A DNA stretch of 63,203 bases, counting the filler, from Choristocarpus tenellus KU-1152 (lineage: Eukaryota; Protista; Phaeophyceae), in NCBI GenBank assembly GCA_964200185.2. It is 11 parts of 11 records of this genome, joined end to end, with 100 filler letters (N's around TTAATTAATTAA, not from the genome) between each part and the next. Parts side by side here need not be neighbours in the genome. Positions count along the whole stretch, not along the records: positions 1 to 5,224 come from CAXNAD020011441.1; positions 5,325 to 9,278 come from CAXNAD020016956.1; positions 9,379 to 15,333 come from CAXNAD020009318.1; 8 more parts are not named here. The stretch is one strand, 5' to 3'. Under the pieces are notes generated by a model. That model saw nothing but the letters and a program-made list of their open reading frames with translations. It was not told the origin of the DNA and made no database searches. The position numbers were made by a program, and so were the translations under genes. Positions 1 through 11,854 of the stretch are shown here, in pieces (positions within the stretch are counted from its first letter, which is position 1; each line of letters opens with the position of its first letter).

Positions 1-25
1 CCCCTCCCCCCAGATACTTTGAGCT
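1..25 (+). mobile_element. MITE subfamily B, right-end fragment
   Basis: CCCCCCAGATACTTTGAGC matches the right TIR of the copies ending at 5120 and 45066. Confidence 0.7.
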
Positions 26-171
26 AGAAAGATGGCTCTTAGGATGCAAAAGGACCCAAACCTGCCTACCTCTCAGTTGGTTTGGGTTAGAGCAACATGG
101 TAATAAGGTTAGAGCAACATGGTAATAATGACCACAACAAGAGCTTTCTGTAGTACTCCTACTAGTCATTT

Positions 172-409
172 GACCCAAAGCATTTAAGAGGGTAGGAAAT
201 CCAATGTTTCATTTTTGGTGAATTTTGGCTGTTGCGTTTGTTACCCTTGCTCTGAACACACGTGTTTCATAGTTGAAACCGAAAAACAGTTATATTTTAT
301 GTAACTGTGTTGAAACCGAAAACCGCAAAAGGGCATAAAACCCCCCGTGGAAACCAAGCTCCAGACGGACAACAAACCAAAACTCCTACCCTCTTAAATG
401 CTTTGACTC
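172..409. mobile_element. MITE subfamily C (Sola-like TIR)
   Basis: 26-bp TIR GACCCAAAGCATTTAAGAGGGTAGGA ... TCCTACCCTCTTAAATGCTTTGACTC. The TIR is related to subfamilies A and B, but the interior is different. Confidence 0.8.
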
Positions 410-582
410 CTTAAGTCACATGATATTTAATAGTTAGTAACATGCTAGGTTTCTTACTGTGCTCAATGTGGAGGTAGAATATCAGTGAGTCATCTAGTGA
501 TCCATAGCAATCCAACCATTCAATCTAGCGCCCTGGTTACAAGAGAAAGGCAGCAATTGCTGTTGACATGGCCTATTAAAAC

Positions 583-2538
583 CTGGATACGGCCTAGCAG
601 GACAGGCGATGCCCTCTTGAGATCATCTTGTGTCAATTCATACATTGAGCGAGTTTTGTCAATTCTTGTGTGAAGAGCTACTAGGCTAGGGCAGACACTC
701 TATTGACCAAGGGCTGGGCATTGGCTGCGGTTGAAGGGTCTCCAAAGTTTGACCCAGACATCACCTTGCAGTATTTTTACCATGTACGATAGCACAATTC
801 GGTGTCTCATCCTGTTCTTGTGTGTCCCCCCTTCGAAGCCATTTCTGAAGAGCCGCATAGTCCTCCTGCAGTCTTGACACCAGATTTCGAAGGGTTGCTA
901 TTAGCCTGTGTAGCGGAAAATAAACAAGAAAGGACGGATATGATATGTTCCTTTAAAATGAATGTGCGTGTCTAAGCTTCTTCCTTTTTATATTATCATT
1001 GATGATTGATGACACAGTTCTTGCTTGGGTGGAGGGGTGTCTGCTCCTCAGCATTTGACAAATACTTCGATTCAATGTTATGTAGAACCGGAGTATGGAG
1101 GGGCAGCACAAATTGCCCCTAATGTACTCCTTTGAAACAAAGTATTTGGTAAGTTCCAGCTTCTCTAGTTGAGGCATTAGCTGCACAGGAAATTAAGCAT
1201 ATCATATGGGTGTGCTCATCCAGAACCAACTTGTTGCAAAAATACTGTATATGTATCACATAGCTCACCTTTCACGAACCACAATTGCCTTCACAACATT
1301 TATTTCTGTAATGAGTCCCATTGCCCTGAAGCAAGGCTCACTGCTCCGGGGTCTCATGTCCTTGCCAATCAAGGAATGTGCATCATGAATCATACGTCGC
1401 TGCACATGCGGAGAAGTTATCAATATGTGGGGGGTGAAAGTGATGAATGTTCAAGAAAGAGACGTGCAGCCTTAGCCAGTGGAAAGACATGCAACGTGCT
1501 CCTGTCCCAAAATACAAATGCATTGATGTCAGGAAATCCAAAGCTCTTGCCTATTTCCAATAAGAATTACAGCAGTTTGATTACCCTCCGCTTATCAGTA
1601 CTGAATTTGCACAGACCACGACTCTCTTGAACAATGAACACCTCACAATGACACCCCCTCCGCACCTTCTGTTCATTGATAACAGCCATCTCTTTTGTAT
1701 CCTCAACTGCAGGAATCAACTCGCGGAATGTACTTCCAGCCCTAGATATGGAGGGTTGAATGTCGAGGATAGTGCTTAGTGGTGACCTCCGTGAATCCTT
1801 CAATTTCTTGTCTGGTCTGTCAAGAGTAAACCTCCGTATCAGTGTACCGTCCTCGTCCTGTGGGTCTTCTGGTTGTGCTTCCAAAGGTTCAATGCCCCCT
1901 TCTTTGGCAAAGACCCCTACAACGGAATCAATCCCTGGGCCTCGACCAATGGAATACTCTGTGTAATTTGCTATAGACCGAACCATCGACACTGGGTCAG
2001 CCTCCTTAGCATCCACGACAGTCGGCTTACAGTGTTGCAAAGATCTCTTCCTTTTAGTAGAAGATTGCACAGGTTCAACCTTTGCAGAACTGTTCCTCTG
2101 GGAATATTTCGTTGCTTCTGGTGCATGAGCTCGTCTCCATGGACTTAAACCAAACTGATCTCCTCCCCATCCGTCAAAGTCTGTAATGTTGCGGTCGAAA
2201 CATTGGCTGACAACCCTAGCTTTCACATTGGTGCTGACTTGCTCCCCTACCATACTCGGCGGTAAGTTCTTATTCTTACATTTTTTTTCACGGCTGCTCA
2301 CTGAGGATGAGAACACATCTTGAGATTGACAGTCTATGCTACTCTTTTTTTCCCGAAGTTTGTGCAAATGTCGGATTTGTTGAACCCTGTGAGATGCACC
2401 TTGTCTCCCAAATCTGCCGATCTTGCGGTGGTTCCTTTGGGATATTTCTTCACCAATGGCCCCCCCATAAGAGGGGGCAACAGTGGGATTATGCTCAGCA
2501 TCCCTTAACTCAAAGAGACACACTGGTACTGCGTGCAT
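583..2538 (-). CDS. Spliced gene of unknown function (5' part; 3' end not resolved)
   Basis: Exon 1 2538-1585 (318 codons, donor GTAATC). Exon 2 1399-1269 (RRMIHDAHSLIG...EINVVKAIVVRE). Exon 3 starts at 905 (RLIATLRNLVSRLQEDYAALQKWLRR). These GT-AG phases are consistent. A further probable exon lies at ~680-583. Confidence 0.65.
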
Positions 2539-2695
2539 TGGTGCAGTGGTGATCTTTGGACTTTATGATGTGGGAGGGGGAAAGTGAAACCGTATTCGAA
2601 ACCGTACCACACATTTGTAATACTACAGAACTATATTTGTGTAGAGCGTCGAGGTAGTGCTACAGGTATCATGTACTGGCGACAAAAACACCTCA
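2539..2695. promoter_or_regulatory. Putative bidirectional promoter
   Basis: 157 bp between divergent ATGs (2538 on -, 2696 on +). Contains the direct repeat GAAACCGTA at 2586-2594 and 2598-2606. Confidence 0.5.
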
Positions 2696-4235
2696 ATGTC
2701 AAGGGCGCCAAGGAAGCAAGAATCTGCGGGTGCCATACCATGCACGGGACGAGGCGTAGGCGTGTACGAGCTACGAGTTCGTCGTCAACTTCTCAAACAG
2801 CAACTAGAAGTTGTGGAGAATCGTTGCAAGCGTGTGAGCAAGGTGGTGACCAGAAAAAGGAACGCAAAAATCCCACTTAAGCACCAAGAAGATTCTGTAT
2901 CACGAGCTGACCCAGGAGATATGAAGAGGAGTTCAAGATCAGGATTGAAATCGGACCAAGGGCAAGAAGCCTGGAGTTCTGACAAGAAAATTCGACCGCG
3001 TAATGGGCTTACGTCATCGACAACACTCCCTGCTATCGCCAGTGGAGGTGTGGGAATCGACCGGGGTGGGGCAGGTATGCTGGATTTGCAGGCCATCAGT
3101 ATTGAGCCGATAGCAGCAAAGCCGATTCGCAGTGGGGGAGTTGTAGATCAAGCGAGGAAGAAGCACATACTCAAGAGCAAGCATCGTGACATGCTGCGGA
3201 GGATGCTGCCAAAACAGAATGTGGGGCCGCCGAAATCGAATGTTCTACAAGAGGTTGCGGTGCCTCCGTCCCTCTTCCCAGAGCGCTATTCTAGGGGAGA
3301 AATTCCATGTTCCAGGCTCAACGGTATGTCCCATGAGTACCCGCAATGAGCATCTCCCTAACCACCGTAGCTTCTTCCTTACATCCCTCACATTCCATAC
3401 ACCGTTCCATACACCATTCCATACACTTAAAAATGGCATTACCTAAATTTATTTCATGGTGGAAAAGGAAAAACTCTTTGACAATCTCGCTTGGCATGGT
3501 AATTTTTTCAGAACGACGTAAAATTATTCTTCAACGATTGCGGAAACCAAGGAAGAAACATCTTCTTCCCGCTCTTAGACAGTAAGAGCAAAATCACAAA
3601 AGGCGCAGCAAATGCGTCCTTAGGGAAAGGATGGGCCTTGGGCATTACTTGCCAGGATGAGGACTCTATGTGTATGCCCGTCAAAAATCCTCGCGGGAGC
3701 ATTTGAAGCACTCAGCTCCTTTGTTTGAGCCAGTGCCTTCCCAAGGGGTGCAGTGTGAGTGAAACGTCAGGCAATGGGTATCTTTGGACCTGCACAGGAT
3801 GAGGGACTGTCCGTTGTAGGTGACATTATTACCTGCAATCATTAGCATGGCCCACGTCATCAGTATTGCCATCGTTATGATCGTGATCTAACGCCAAACC
3901 CTAAACCCTAACCCCTAAACCCTAACCCCTAAACCCTAACCCCTAAACCCCAATACTTCTTTCACTATCATAATTTTTACTATTTTTTTTCACACGACAC
4001 GGCAATGCATGTCTCGATCAAAATGCTTGTGACATTTTCACACGAAAACGGCAAGCGAATCGTCTCTCGTGTGACTCCTACATGGATGCTTGTGACATGC
4101 CTTGCACACTCCCTTGCAGCAAGAGACCTTGTGTGGGTCTGTCCGCTTGAGCAGCTGGACTACGATCACTACCTCCCCATCTTCTTCGATGGCATTAGGT
4201 GCACGGAGGAGCCTTGCAAGACCATTGCAAGACAG
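2696..4235 (+). CDS. PACRG: PACRG/ParcG-family axonemal protein with long N-terminal extension (partial, 2 exons seen)
   Basis: Exon 1 2696-3323 ends FPERYSRGEIPCS.. with donor GTATGT. Exon 2 4120-4235 encodes DLVWVCPLEQLDYDHYLPIFFDGIRCTEEPCKTIARQ, the PACRG-family motif. The phase-1 junction is consistent. It may be a PACRG-like paralogue rather than the orthologue. Confidence 0.85.
3896..3951 (-). repeat. Interstitial telomere-like repeat (TTTAGGG/TTAGGGG alternating)
   Basis: 8 heptamers AAACCCT/AACCCCT inside PACRG intron 1. Confidence 0.8.
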
Positions 4236-4450
4236 GTTCAGTGTCTCTTAAGGAAAACAAGAACACACCTTGATCGCCCTCTATCATACTTTGTAAGCTA
4301 ATAAACGGCGAGACAGACGCCTTCGCACTCAATGACACCGCTCACTGCTTGGGGGAGGCACTCGCAATGAGAATATCGTAATAAGAATGACGTAATCAAT
4401 CCTAGGTTAACACACAAGAAATGCGATTGAAGTGGGTTGCGATAGGGAGG

Positions 4451-4617
4451 AGGTACAATTTGACAGGAAAAGGTACAATTTGATGGGAAAAGGTGCAATT
4501 TAACGGGAAAGGACAAAATTTAATGGGAAAAGGTACAATTTGATGGGAAAAGGTGCAATTTAACGAGAAAGGACAAATTTAATGGGAAAATGTACAATTT
4601 GACGGGAAAAGGTACAT
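4451..4617 (+). repeat. ~20-bp minisatellite (AGGTACAATTTGAYGGGAAA) x ~8
   Basis: Direct tandem units, with a 3-unit higher-order pattern repeated. Confidence 0.9.
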
Positions 4618-4778
4618 TCTGTACGCACCTACAGTTCCAAGCACTTTAGAGCTTGTTCACAGTGTGTGCTACCTTCCCTACATTGGGCAGGATTTCTCCC
4701 TCACTCACGCATTACACGCCTGTACAATAAATATAAACATGACCCATGAATTTCCTGTATCATTTGATTCAGTGAACT

Positions 4779-4929
4779 GGCTCGAAGTGCCTGGGGGGGG
4801 GGGGGGGGGGGCGGCGGGCAATTTGGGGTCAATTTTTTCTTGTTGGGGTTTTTTTTTGTTTTGGTTNNNNNNNNNNAAAAAAACAAACCCATTTTTGTTT
4901 TTTTGTGTTGTGTTTTTTTGGGGGGCGGG

Positions 4930-4964
<35 letters not shown>

Positions 4965-5120
4965 GACGGCTGTCAATTTGGGGTCAATTTTTTCATGTTG
5001 CGATTTTTGTGTGATTTGGTTACATATGTCGGATGGGTAATGTAAATGCACTTTGCCTGATTTTGGCCTAAATGGACGCCGTGGTGTAGACCCTTCCCCC
5101 CCCCCCAGATACTTTAGGTC
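4779..5120 (+). mobile_element. MITE subfamily B (G-run TIR) with 4-bp TSD AACT; interior inflated by an assembly gap
   Basis: GGCTCGAAGTGCCTGGGGG ... CCCCCAGATACTTTAGGTC, flanked by AACT at 4775-4778 and 5121-5124. Confidence 0.8.
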
Positions 5121-5224
5121 AACTTTAAAACACTTGGTCACTTGGTCTATTTTCTCGTTGGGTTGTCAATGTTTTAGGGGTTTAGGGTTTGGTCTCTATT
5201 CAAGAGTTCCTGGGAACTGGGGGG

Positions 5225-5324
5225 NNNNNNNNNNNNNNNNNNNNNNNNNNNNNNNNNNNNNNNNNNNNTTAATTAATTAANNNNNNNNNNNNNNNNNNNN
5301 NNNNNNNNNNNNNNNNNNNNNNNN
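5225..5324. other. Artificial contig linker (N44-TTAATTAATTAA-N44), first of 10 copies
   Basis: Identical 100-bp spacer with stops in all six frames. Other copies: 9279-9378, 15334-15433, 18205-18304, 24680-24779, 32603-32702, 35557-35656, 48461-48560, 51482-51581, 54975-55074. Confidence 0.98.
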
Positions 5325-5873
5325 TCTCCCCTACCCCTCAAAGACACCCCCATCTCATTAGCCCATTAGACACCTAAAACACCTCATCCAGCTGGTCAAA
5401 CTGCTGTGTGTGCTAGTTAGCGAGGTCATTTGGTAGCGTGTGTGGTGGATTCCTAAGAGAGAGAGTGTGTAGAACTTGTGTCACTTGTGGAGGAGTGTGT
5501 TTTTTTTTAACTGGGTTTGTGTGTGTCTGTGTGTCTGTGTCTGTATGGGTGATGGGCGTTTATTGTTGCTGCAGTGTACTCTAGTACTGTTGTACTGTAG
5601 TTTGTTTGACTAATCCTACAACCAAGAGTGGAGAGCAAGCACCAAGAGGCCTCATAGACGAGCTATCCAACAGTATGGTTGTACTGTTCATGTAGTCTCT
5701 TCTTTTTTTTTAGTCACACAGGAAGAGAGTAAAATTGTGTATTGAGTAAGATCAGTTCCATCTCCATCTCAAAAGCTCCCAATGCCTAGAAAGTTCCTGT
5801 AGACCCCTCCCACCCATTTCCCTCCTCCTTTTCACCCAAAATAGCCAGTTACGTGTTTCCTTTTACTTCGCAG

Positions 5874-8800
5874 GCGATGAGCATGCATCTGCAGTTGCTG
5901 GAGGACCTCAAGCTTAGTGATGACCAACCTGATTCCAGGACCACAGTTGCTCTCAGTCTAGTAGGTTGTGGAACAATCCCTGTCCTCATGGTGGCAGGGC
6001 CCCGAGACAGTGGGAGGGACAGGTCAAGAGGTCCGGAACAGGACCTGGAGGTGAAGACCCTGCCCCGAAGTATCACAGAAGAGAGGGATGATGATGACAA
6101 GGTCAGAATTAGTAGATTTTTGAGGTGGTGTTGAGTAGTTTTTGAGTCGGTGGCGTGGGGCAGATTTTGCCAAGGTGGCCAGTAGAGGGACGGTGAGGAC
6201 CCATGTTTTTTTTTATAGAGCACTTGAAAAAAAATTACTAGGTTTTAGTTGTGACAATGAAGACTTTTTTTCGTGTGTGTACCTTTTTTGTTGAAGGTTC
6301 TTGCGATGTGATTGGAGGAGGGGCACACATGACTCTCCAAGCAAGGCGGTGGAGGTGTATTTTATATTTTTTGGTTTACGGTCCTGTGGCTACACTAGGG
6401 TTAGGGACAAAAACTCATCGTAATTTTTTCCTGCTGGAGGCGTTGTATCGCAGCAGAAGCTGCAGTGGGTGTTTTTATCTGCTTGGCTCGATATGATGTG
6501 CGGTGTTTGTGTGGAAAAACGTGTCGATGCAGGTAGTGCATGTTTGGAATCAGAGATCAGGACAAAAAAGATGTCATACCACATCGAGGTTGTTTCTCTA
6601 TTGTGGCCCCTCCCCAGTGTAGCATGCTGTGGGTAGAGGGCAAGAGAGTGAAGACATTTCCCTGTGAGTCCTCCTTGTATCCTCTGCTCCTTCTGATGGC
6701 TAGTTCTGGCGTTGTGTTCGTTTTGGTTAACGTAAGAGACAGTGCAGAAATTAGGAATGATAGAAATTGATCTGGTAGGGGATCTTGTAGGGCAAATAAA
6801 TAAATGCGTTTTTGGTGTGAATGTGGTATATAGGCTATTCTACTGGTTGGTGGGACACACTGATATGGGGTGTCATCCCCCCTCCCCCTTGCATCTTTCC
6901 ATTCTTTTTATTGTGTTTTTGTTCCTCAGCATGCACTATGTCCATGTTTACCTGTTTTCGCCCTGTCCTTGAATTTGATTTTTTTTTTCATCTCCACATC
7001 TCTATGCCATCAGCCTATCTATGCCTAGTCCAATTCCCCAATGAACTAACAATGAACATGTACACCCCATTTCCTGCTTATCAACTTCTTTTTTTTGTTC
7101 TATTGTGCTGCTTGTTCTTGGAAAAAAATAAGAAGCTGGTTAGGGGTACAAACTCAAATTGGGGGTGGCTTGCAACTGACCTGGAAAAAGAATCCACAAC
7201 AAGGAGTGGCCTAATTACCCCAGCCCGGCCACCAGGGCTCAAGAATGGCATCAAGTCCTTGGGAGGAGACATGAAGGACCACCTTGTCCTCTCCAGCACT
7301 CCCACCCCCACCACCACTGCAGTGACGACGTCAGTAAAACTTACAGGTGGCCGAAAAAAAATCCGTGATGAGAGTAAGGGAGTTGGTAGAGGGGGGAAAG
7401 GCGATGGCGAGGCTGTTGTGGGGGACCTTAACCTCACATTGAAAGGGGAGGCAACAGCTTTGAAGAAAGATTGGGAGCAGTTAGATGGGCATGGTGATAC
7501 ACTTGCGGAGGATAAGGTTCTCGCTGATGACGTACTGGGGTGTGGGGGAGCTGGGAGGCAAAGGAGGTTGTCCCTGTCCTCTGGTAGGCATGGAAGTAGC
7601 AAGGTAGACTGTTACCTTGGTGATGCCCATAAGAGGAGTGCTGAGGATAGGCATCCCGCTGCTGGTGAGGGTGGAGGAGAGGGGGAGGAAGGGAGAGGGA
7701 ATGACAGCGAATGGCTGAGTTCTGAGGGTGGGAAAGAGGTGTTGCGCGATGGAGGAAGATACGACAGTGTTGTCAGTGATAAGGTAGTTGGGGGGGCTAT
7801 GGCCAGAGCTGCATTTATGACTGGTGGTAGGTTGGGGTTCATGGCAGCAGGAAAGGAGAGCGCAGCTCTGGCTACTCCAACTACAGAGCCAGCTACAGGT
7901 AATGCAGTAGTGGTGGAGTGTGCTGCAGAGATGCCTGAGGTGAGGGGCAAGGTAAACAGTGACAAGAGTGGTGAGGGAATGGGTGAGGTGGAGAGATACA
8001 TCTTGAGAGAGCAAGACGGCGACCCAGGTAAGGAATGGGAGCAGGACAAACAAGATGGCAACAACAGACGGAATAGTGGTATCGTCGATGATCACCAAGG
8101 AGAGCAGGGGGAGAGGGATGGGTTCAGTGAGGACAATGTGAGGGTGGAAAGGGAAGGGAAGAGGATTGCCAGTCTGAGGGATGCTAAGGATGAGAGGGGG
8201 AGTGAAAACAATAGCTTGTTGGTTGTGTTGGCTTCCTCTTCAAGGGGTAGGGAGGGGGAGGATGTGTTGGTTGGGGAGGGGCAGGCTATGGGTAAGCGAG
8301 CAGGGAAGAAGCGTCTGAGAGATTCTGTGGAGGGTGGGGGGATGGGGGGAAGCTTGAAGTTGGTGAATGAGGAGCCTGAGGGAGAGGTGTGTGTGTTTGA
8401 TTGGCGGACTTTTTTTGGTGTTTGTGTTTGATTGGTGGACTTTTGTTGTTGTTTGTGTTTGATTGGTGGAATTTTTTTTGGTGCTGTGGACGTCGTTGGT
8501 TGGTGAAGGGGTCTGTCTCTTTGTCTGTGTCCAAGGAAATTGGAGGATGAGGTTGGTGAGGAGTGCAATCACTCCAATAGGTGCAATAAGATGTAGTGAT
8601 GAGTAAGGGTGTATGTTGGCAGGCGTGTGGGTGTAGTTCTGTTCATCGTGTGTGTGTAGAAAATGCTTTTGATGCTTTGCATGCTCTCGCCCATTTTGAC
8701 TCCAATTCTGTTATTGCATTTCATTTTGGCGCTTGATTTTGACTCCAACCAATGGCTCCTCGATAATATTTATTTTTTATTTTTTAATCCTCTCGCTGAA

Positions 8801-9278
8801 GGAGAGAAAAAAAAAAAAAATCCACACCCCCAAACCGCCCCTAGTTCGTTCGTTTGTTGTCCTTACCTTACGGGGGGGATTCTTGCTTGACGAAAAGGTT
8901 TCAACAACTTCAACTCCAGCACCGACCAAGAAAACCCGTAGAGGTGACCACCATGTTCATCACCAGGATGAGAGGGGTAGGCCTGATCACCAAGACCGAC
9001 ACAGCAGTACAGTGGTAGGACGATCGCGCCGTGTGATATCTCTTCCAGCTGACAAGGATGGTGTGGGCGGAGGTGCTGCGAGGATGGGAGGGGCTGGGGG
9101 GACGAACAAACAGGGAGAGCAGGAGAGCGTTGTTGCCTATGTTTCTCGTGATCGGCGTGCCCGGCGTGCAGCGCGCGAGCTGCGGAATGGGGGATGGGGA
9201 GGGGTTAGGGGTGGGAATGAAGATCAGCAAAATGGTACTGGGTGGGGGGGGGGGGGGGCTGGTCGGAGAGAGGGGATG
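5874..9278 (+). CDS. Partial spliced gene for a low-complexity, probably disordered E/G/R-rich protein
   Basis: Probable exons: ~5874-6101, ~7137-8386 (long open frame, donor GTGTGT), a micro-exon at ~8536-8551, and ~8899 to the contig end. No recognisable domain. Confidence 0.55.
8388..8482 (+). repeat. ~30-bp intronic tandem repeat (GTGTTTGATTGGYGGAYTTTT..) x3
   Basis: Three imperfect direct units after the exon donor. Confidence 0.7.
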
Positions 9279-9378
9279 NNNNNNNNNNNNNNNNNNNNNN
9301 NNNNNNNNNNNNNNNNNNNNNNTTAATTAATTAANNNNNNNNNNNNNNNNNNNNNNNNNNNNNNNNNNNNNNNNNNNN

Positions 9379-9451
9379 AATGTATGCAACCAAATAACCC
9401 CAAAATCGCGACATGAAAAAATTGACCCCAAATGGACAGATACTTAGAGCC
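9379..9451 (-). mobile_element. MITE subfamily B fragment at contig start
   Basis: Reverse complement of the left part of 44889-45066 (ATCGCGACATGAAAAAATTGACCCCAAATGGACAG-ATACTTAGAGCC). Confidence 0.7.
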
Positions 9452-10274
9452 AGTAGTGCATAGCAGCCAAGTCATGCTACTTTCCGATTGTCGTTGGGTA
9501 CAGTTACCCAATAGTGAAGAATACTACGTACGTCGAAGTATACAGTGAAAGACTGATCAGAATGATGTGATCAAATGGTGTCCCTTAGTACTCTGTGCAA
9601 GGAGTGGCGGGAGTACCTCCGACTTGGGTGGATCTTCTTACAGCTTTTGACGTGTTAGAGTATCTGTAACGTGTTATGTACTATCTTGTCATTAAAATAC
9701 ATGATGTTGTACGAGTCTTATTTCGAATTTCTTGCATGAGAAGAGGAAGTTCCTGTACTTAGGAAGAACAGTAGTGCTCGTACCATATTCTTGCCCATGG
9801 ACTTCGTTGCCCTTGCATTGCCAGCGGCACAATGATTTTGAATCTCCATGTTATGCTGTTGAAAGTGAAAGGAAGGTGCGTGGATAACTAAGCTTCCTCC
9901 TCGACGGGGTCTTCAGCACTGAGAGATATCTCAGATGCGTGGGGGGATCCCCATGCAAATGGGGGGAACATCCGAAATGTTTTGTGTACGCCACAAGGTG
10001 AAATATTTACCTCCGCAGTGGCACAAACGTTTTATCATACCAGAAGAAAGAGGCACGGAAGGTAGTGGATATTGACTCGAAAAAGTCCTACGTGATGGCA
10101 TAGGTGAGGTGGTTCCCGCACTTCCTGACAATAAAGTTCAGCCAAGGGTTAGTGGCAAGTGAGACTGTCGGGAGCCTAGGGCGCAAGCCGATTACTTCAT
10201 CCGAGACAAACTTGGAAGCAAGAATATACATGCTTCGTGCACCAGGGTATCTGGCAAGAAGAATGCGTAGTTCA

Positions 10275-10529
10275 GAGTCAAATTATCTTAGAGGGTAGGG
10301 CCGCGTCCATTTGGGACCAAAATCCAATGTTGGGATTTTGATGAAAAATTGGCTATCGTGTTTGTTAGGAAGTGTCAATATCCTTGTTCCGGACACACCT
10401 TTTCATAACGTGTACATTTCAATTACTCCGAAACACTTTGGAGTAGGAAAATCTCATAAAAAACATGGGAAGCCAAGCGCCAAATGGACAAACAGGGCAA
10501 AAATTGTGCCCTTTAAGATGCTTTCACTC
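10275..10529 (+). mobile_element. MITE subfamily A, TSD TTCA
   Basis: GAGTCAAATTATCTTAGAGGG ... CCCTTTAAGATGCTTTCACTC, with TTCA at 10271-10274 and 10530-10533. Confidence 0.9.
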
Positions 10530-11854
10530 TTCATGCTGAGGAGGGATCACCTTCGTGGAGGTATCTTCTTCAGCAAGATTCATGGTATACATACATGCAT
10601 GTATATATATATATATATGTCTTTTGTTTTTAGTGGCTTGGAGAGACTCCATTCATAACTAGTTCACCACAACACAGTCACCAGGAACAATGACAAGAGT
10701 GATCCACAGGGTGTAGTAATTGTGAAACTAAGCAGAGTGATACAACTTATGAGTAGGTGCGCAAGAATATTTTGCTGAAACACAACACAAGGCCCTGCAC
10801 CTAAGAAAGTTTCACATCAATAGCAAAGCTGCACCGTTGCACGGAAATCCAAGACATTGTCCATGATGAATAGTATGCAGGTGCAGCGTGTTGACTGTAC
10901 AGTGCCTCACTTTCTCGTTCATGATTCCTCCCTCTTGCTCCAAACCTAAACCTGGATGCAATCACTCAAGTCAAGGCGGTAGCACACAATATGCTGGTGC
11001 CGCTGTGATTCTAGACACTCCTGATACTTGTTTGCTTCTTGTGCTCTCTTCTCAATTGAATGGATGCTCAGCAAACAGGACTCTCCGAGAAGGGAATCAA
11101 TCGCCTCAAGCAATTTGCTCAACCTCTCAAGTGGAATCCGTGTCACCAGTCCCCCACGACCCAACACTTCACTTTTATTGAAGCAGCCATGAACTTAAAC
11201 GGCGTGCTCTCAAATAAGCATGCCAAGTGCCAACCAACACAAATCGAGAAAAATGATAAACAAACGATGAATCGATGAAGAGCAAACACATGTGAAGGTC
11301 TGTGCGCGTGTTTGTCAGGGAAGGGTAGAAAAAGAATGGGATGGACTAAGCAAAAACCAGACAAACAGGAGTTGCAGCAAAAAAAATCCTCCAATGCAAA
11401 AAAAATCAGCAGGTGTGAGAGAGAAGAGGTTTAACACAGTCACGCCTCGCTCAGATCAAGATATCACACATCCCCAAAAACATTGCGGCAACACTCTGTT
11501 CTAAACACATTGACACTTGGGAGTACGAGGAGATGATGGGTTTAATGCGAAAAAATACTCAGCTTGTGCACGAACTATATTTCTTGTACAATGGCAAGTA
11601 GTACCTGCTAAACACCTCCCCCTCTCACTCAAACTTAGCTATCAAATCGCAATCTCAAATATATCAAACAGTCAGGAACACATTAGCAAGTAACACATAA
11701 GAAGAGATAGATGATGAGGCCTTGCTGGGCTTCAGGAAGATCTGTAGAGCAGGATGAGTATGTAGTTGCCAAACTCACTATTAGGGGCGATGGATGATGT
11801 GTACGACAACAAGAGGTAGGAGTCATCATCAGTGTAGGTTATGGATTGCTCCAA

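Noticed and set aside
4451-4617. Regular short repeats as a possible CRISPR array
   Set aside because: The units are contiguous with no unique spacers, and there are no cas genes in this eukaryotic intron context.
4664-5141. Poly-Gly/poly-Pro ORFs and an apparent tandem MITE B
   Set aside because: These are translations of G-runs plus low-quality sequence around a 10-N gap. One TSD pair flanks the whole region, so it is a single insertion.
5269-5280. Recurrent palindrome TTAATTAATTAA and ORFs ending in XXX-LIN
   Set aside because: Synthetic linker between concatenated contigs. No cross-contig synteny can be inferred.
7081-8572. Several long minus-strand ORFs
   Set aside because: Antisense shadows of the purine-rich plus-strand exon.
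10311-10658. Recurrent short ORFs (..VNILVPDTPFHNVY.., ..KWTNRAK..) at several loci
   Set aside because: Chance translations of non-coding MITE A; the frames are not conserved between copies.
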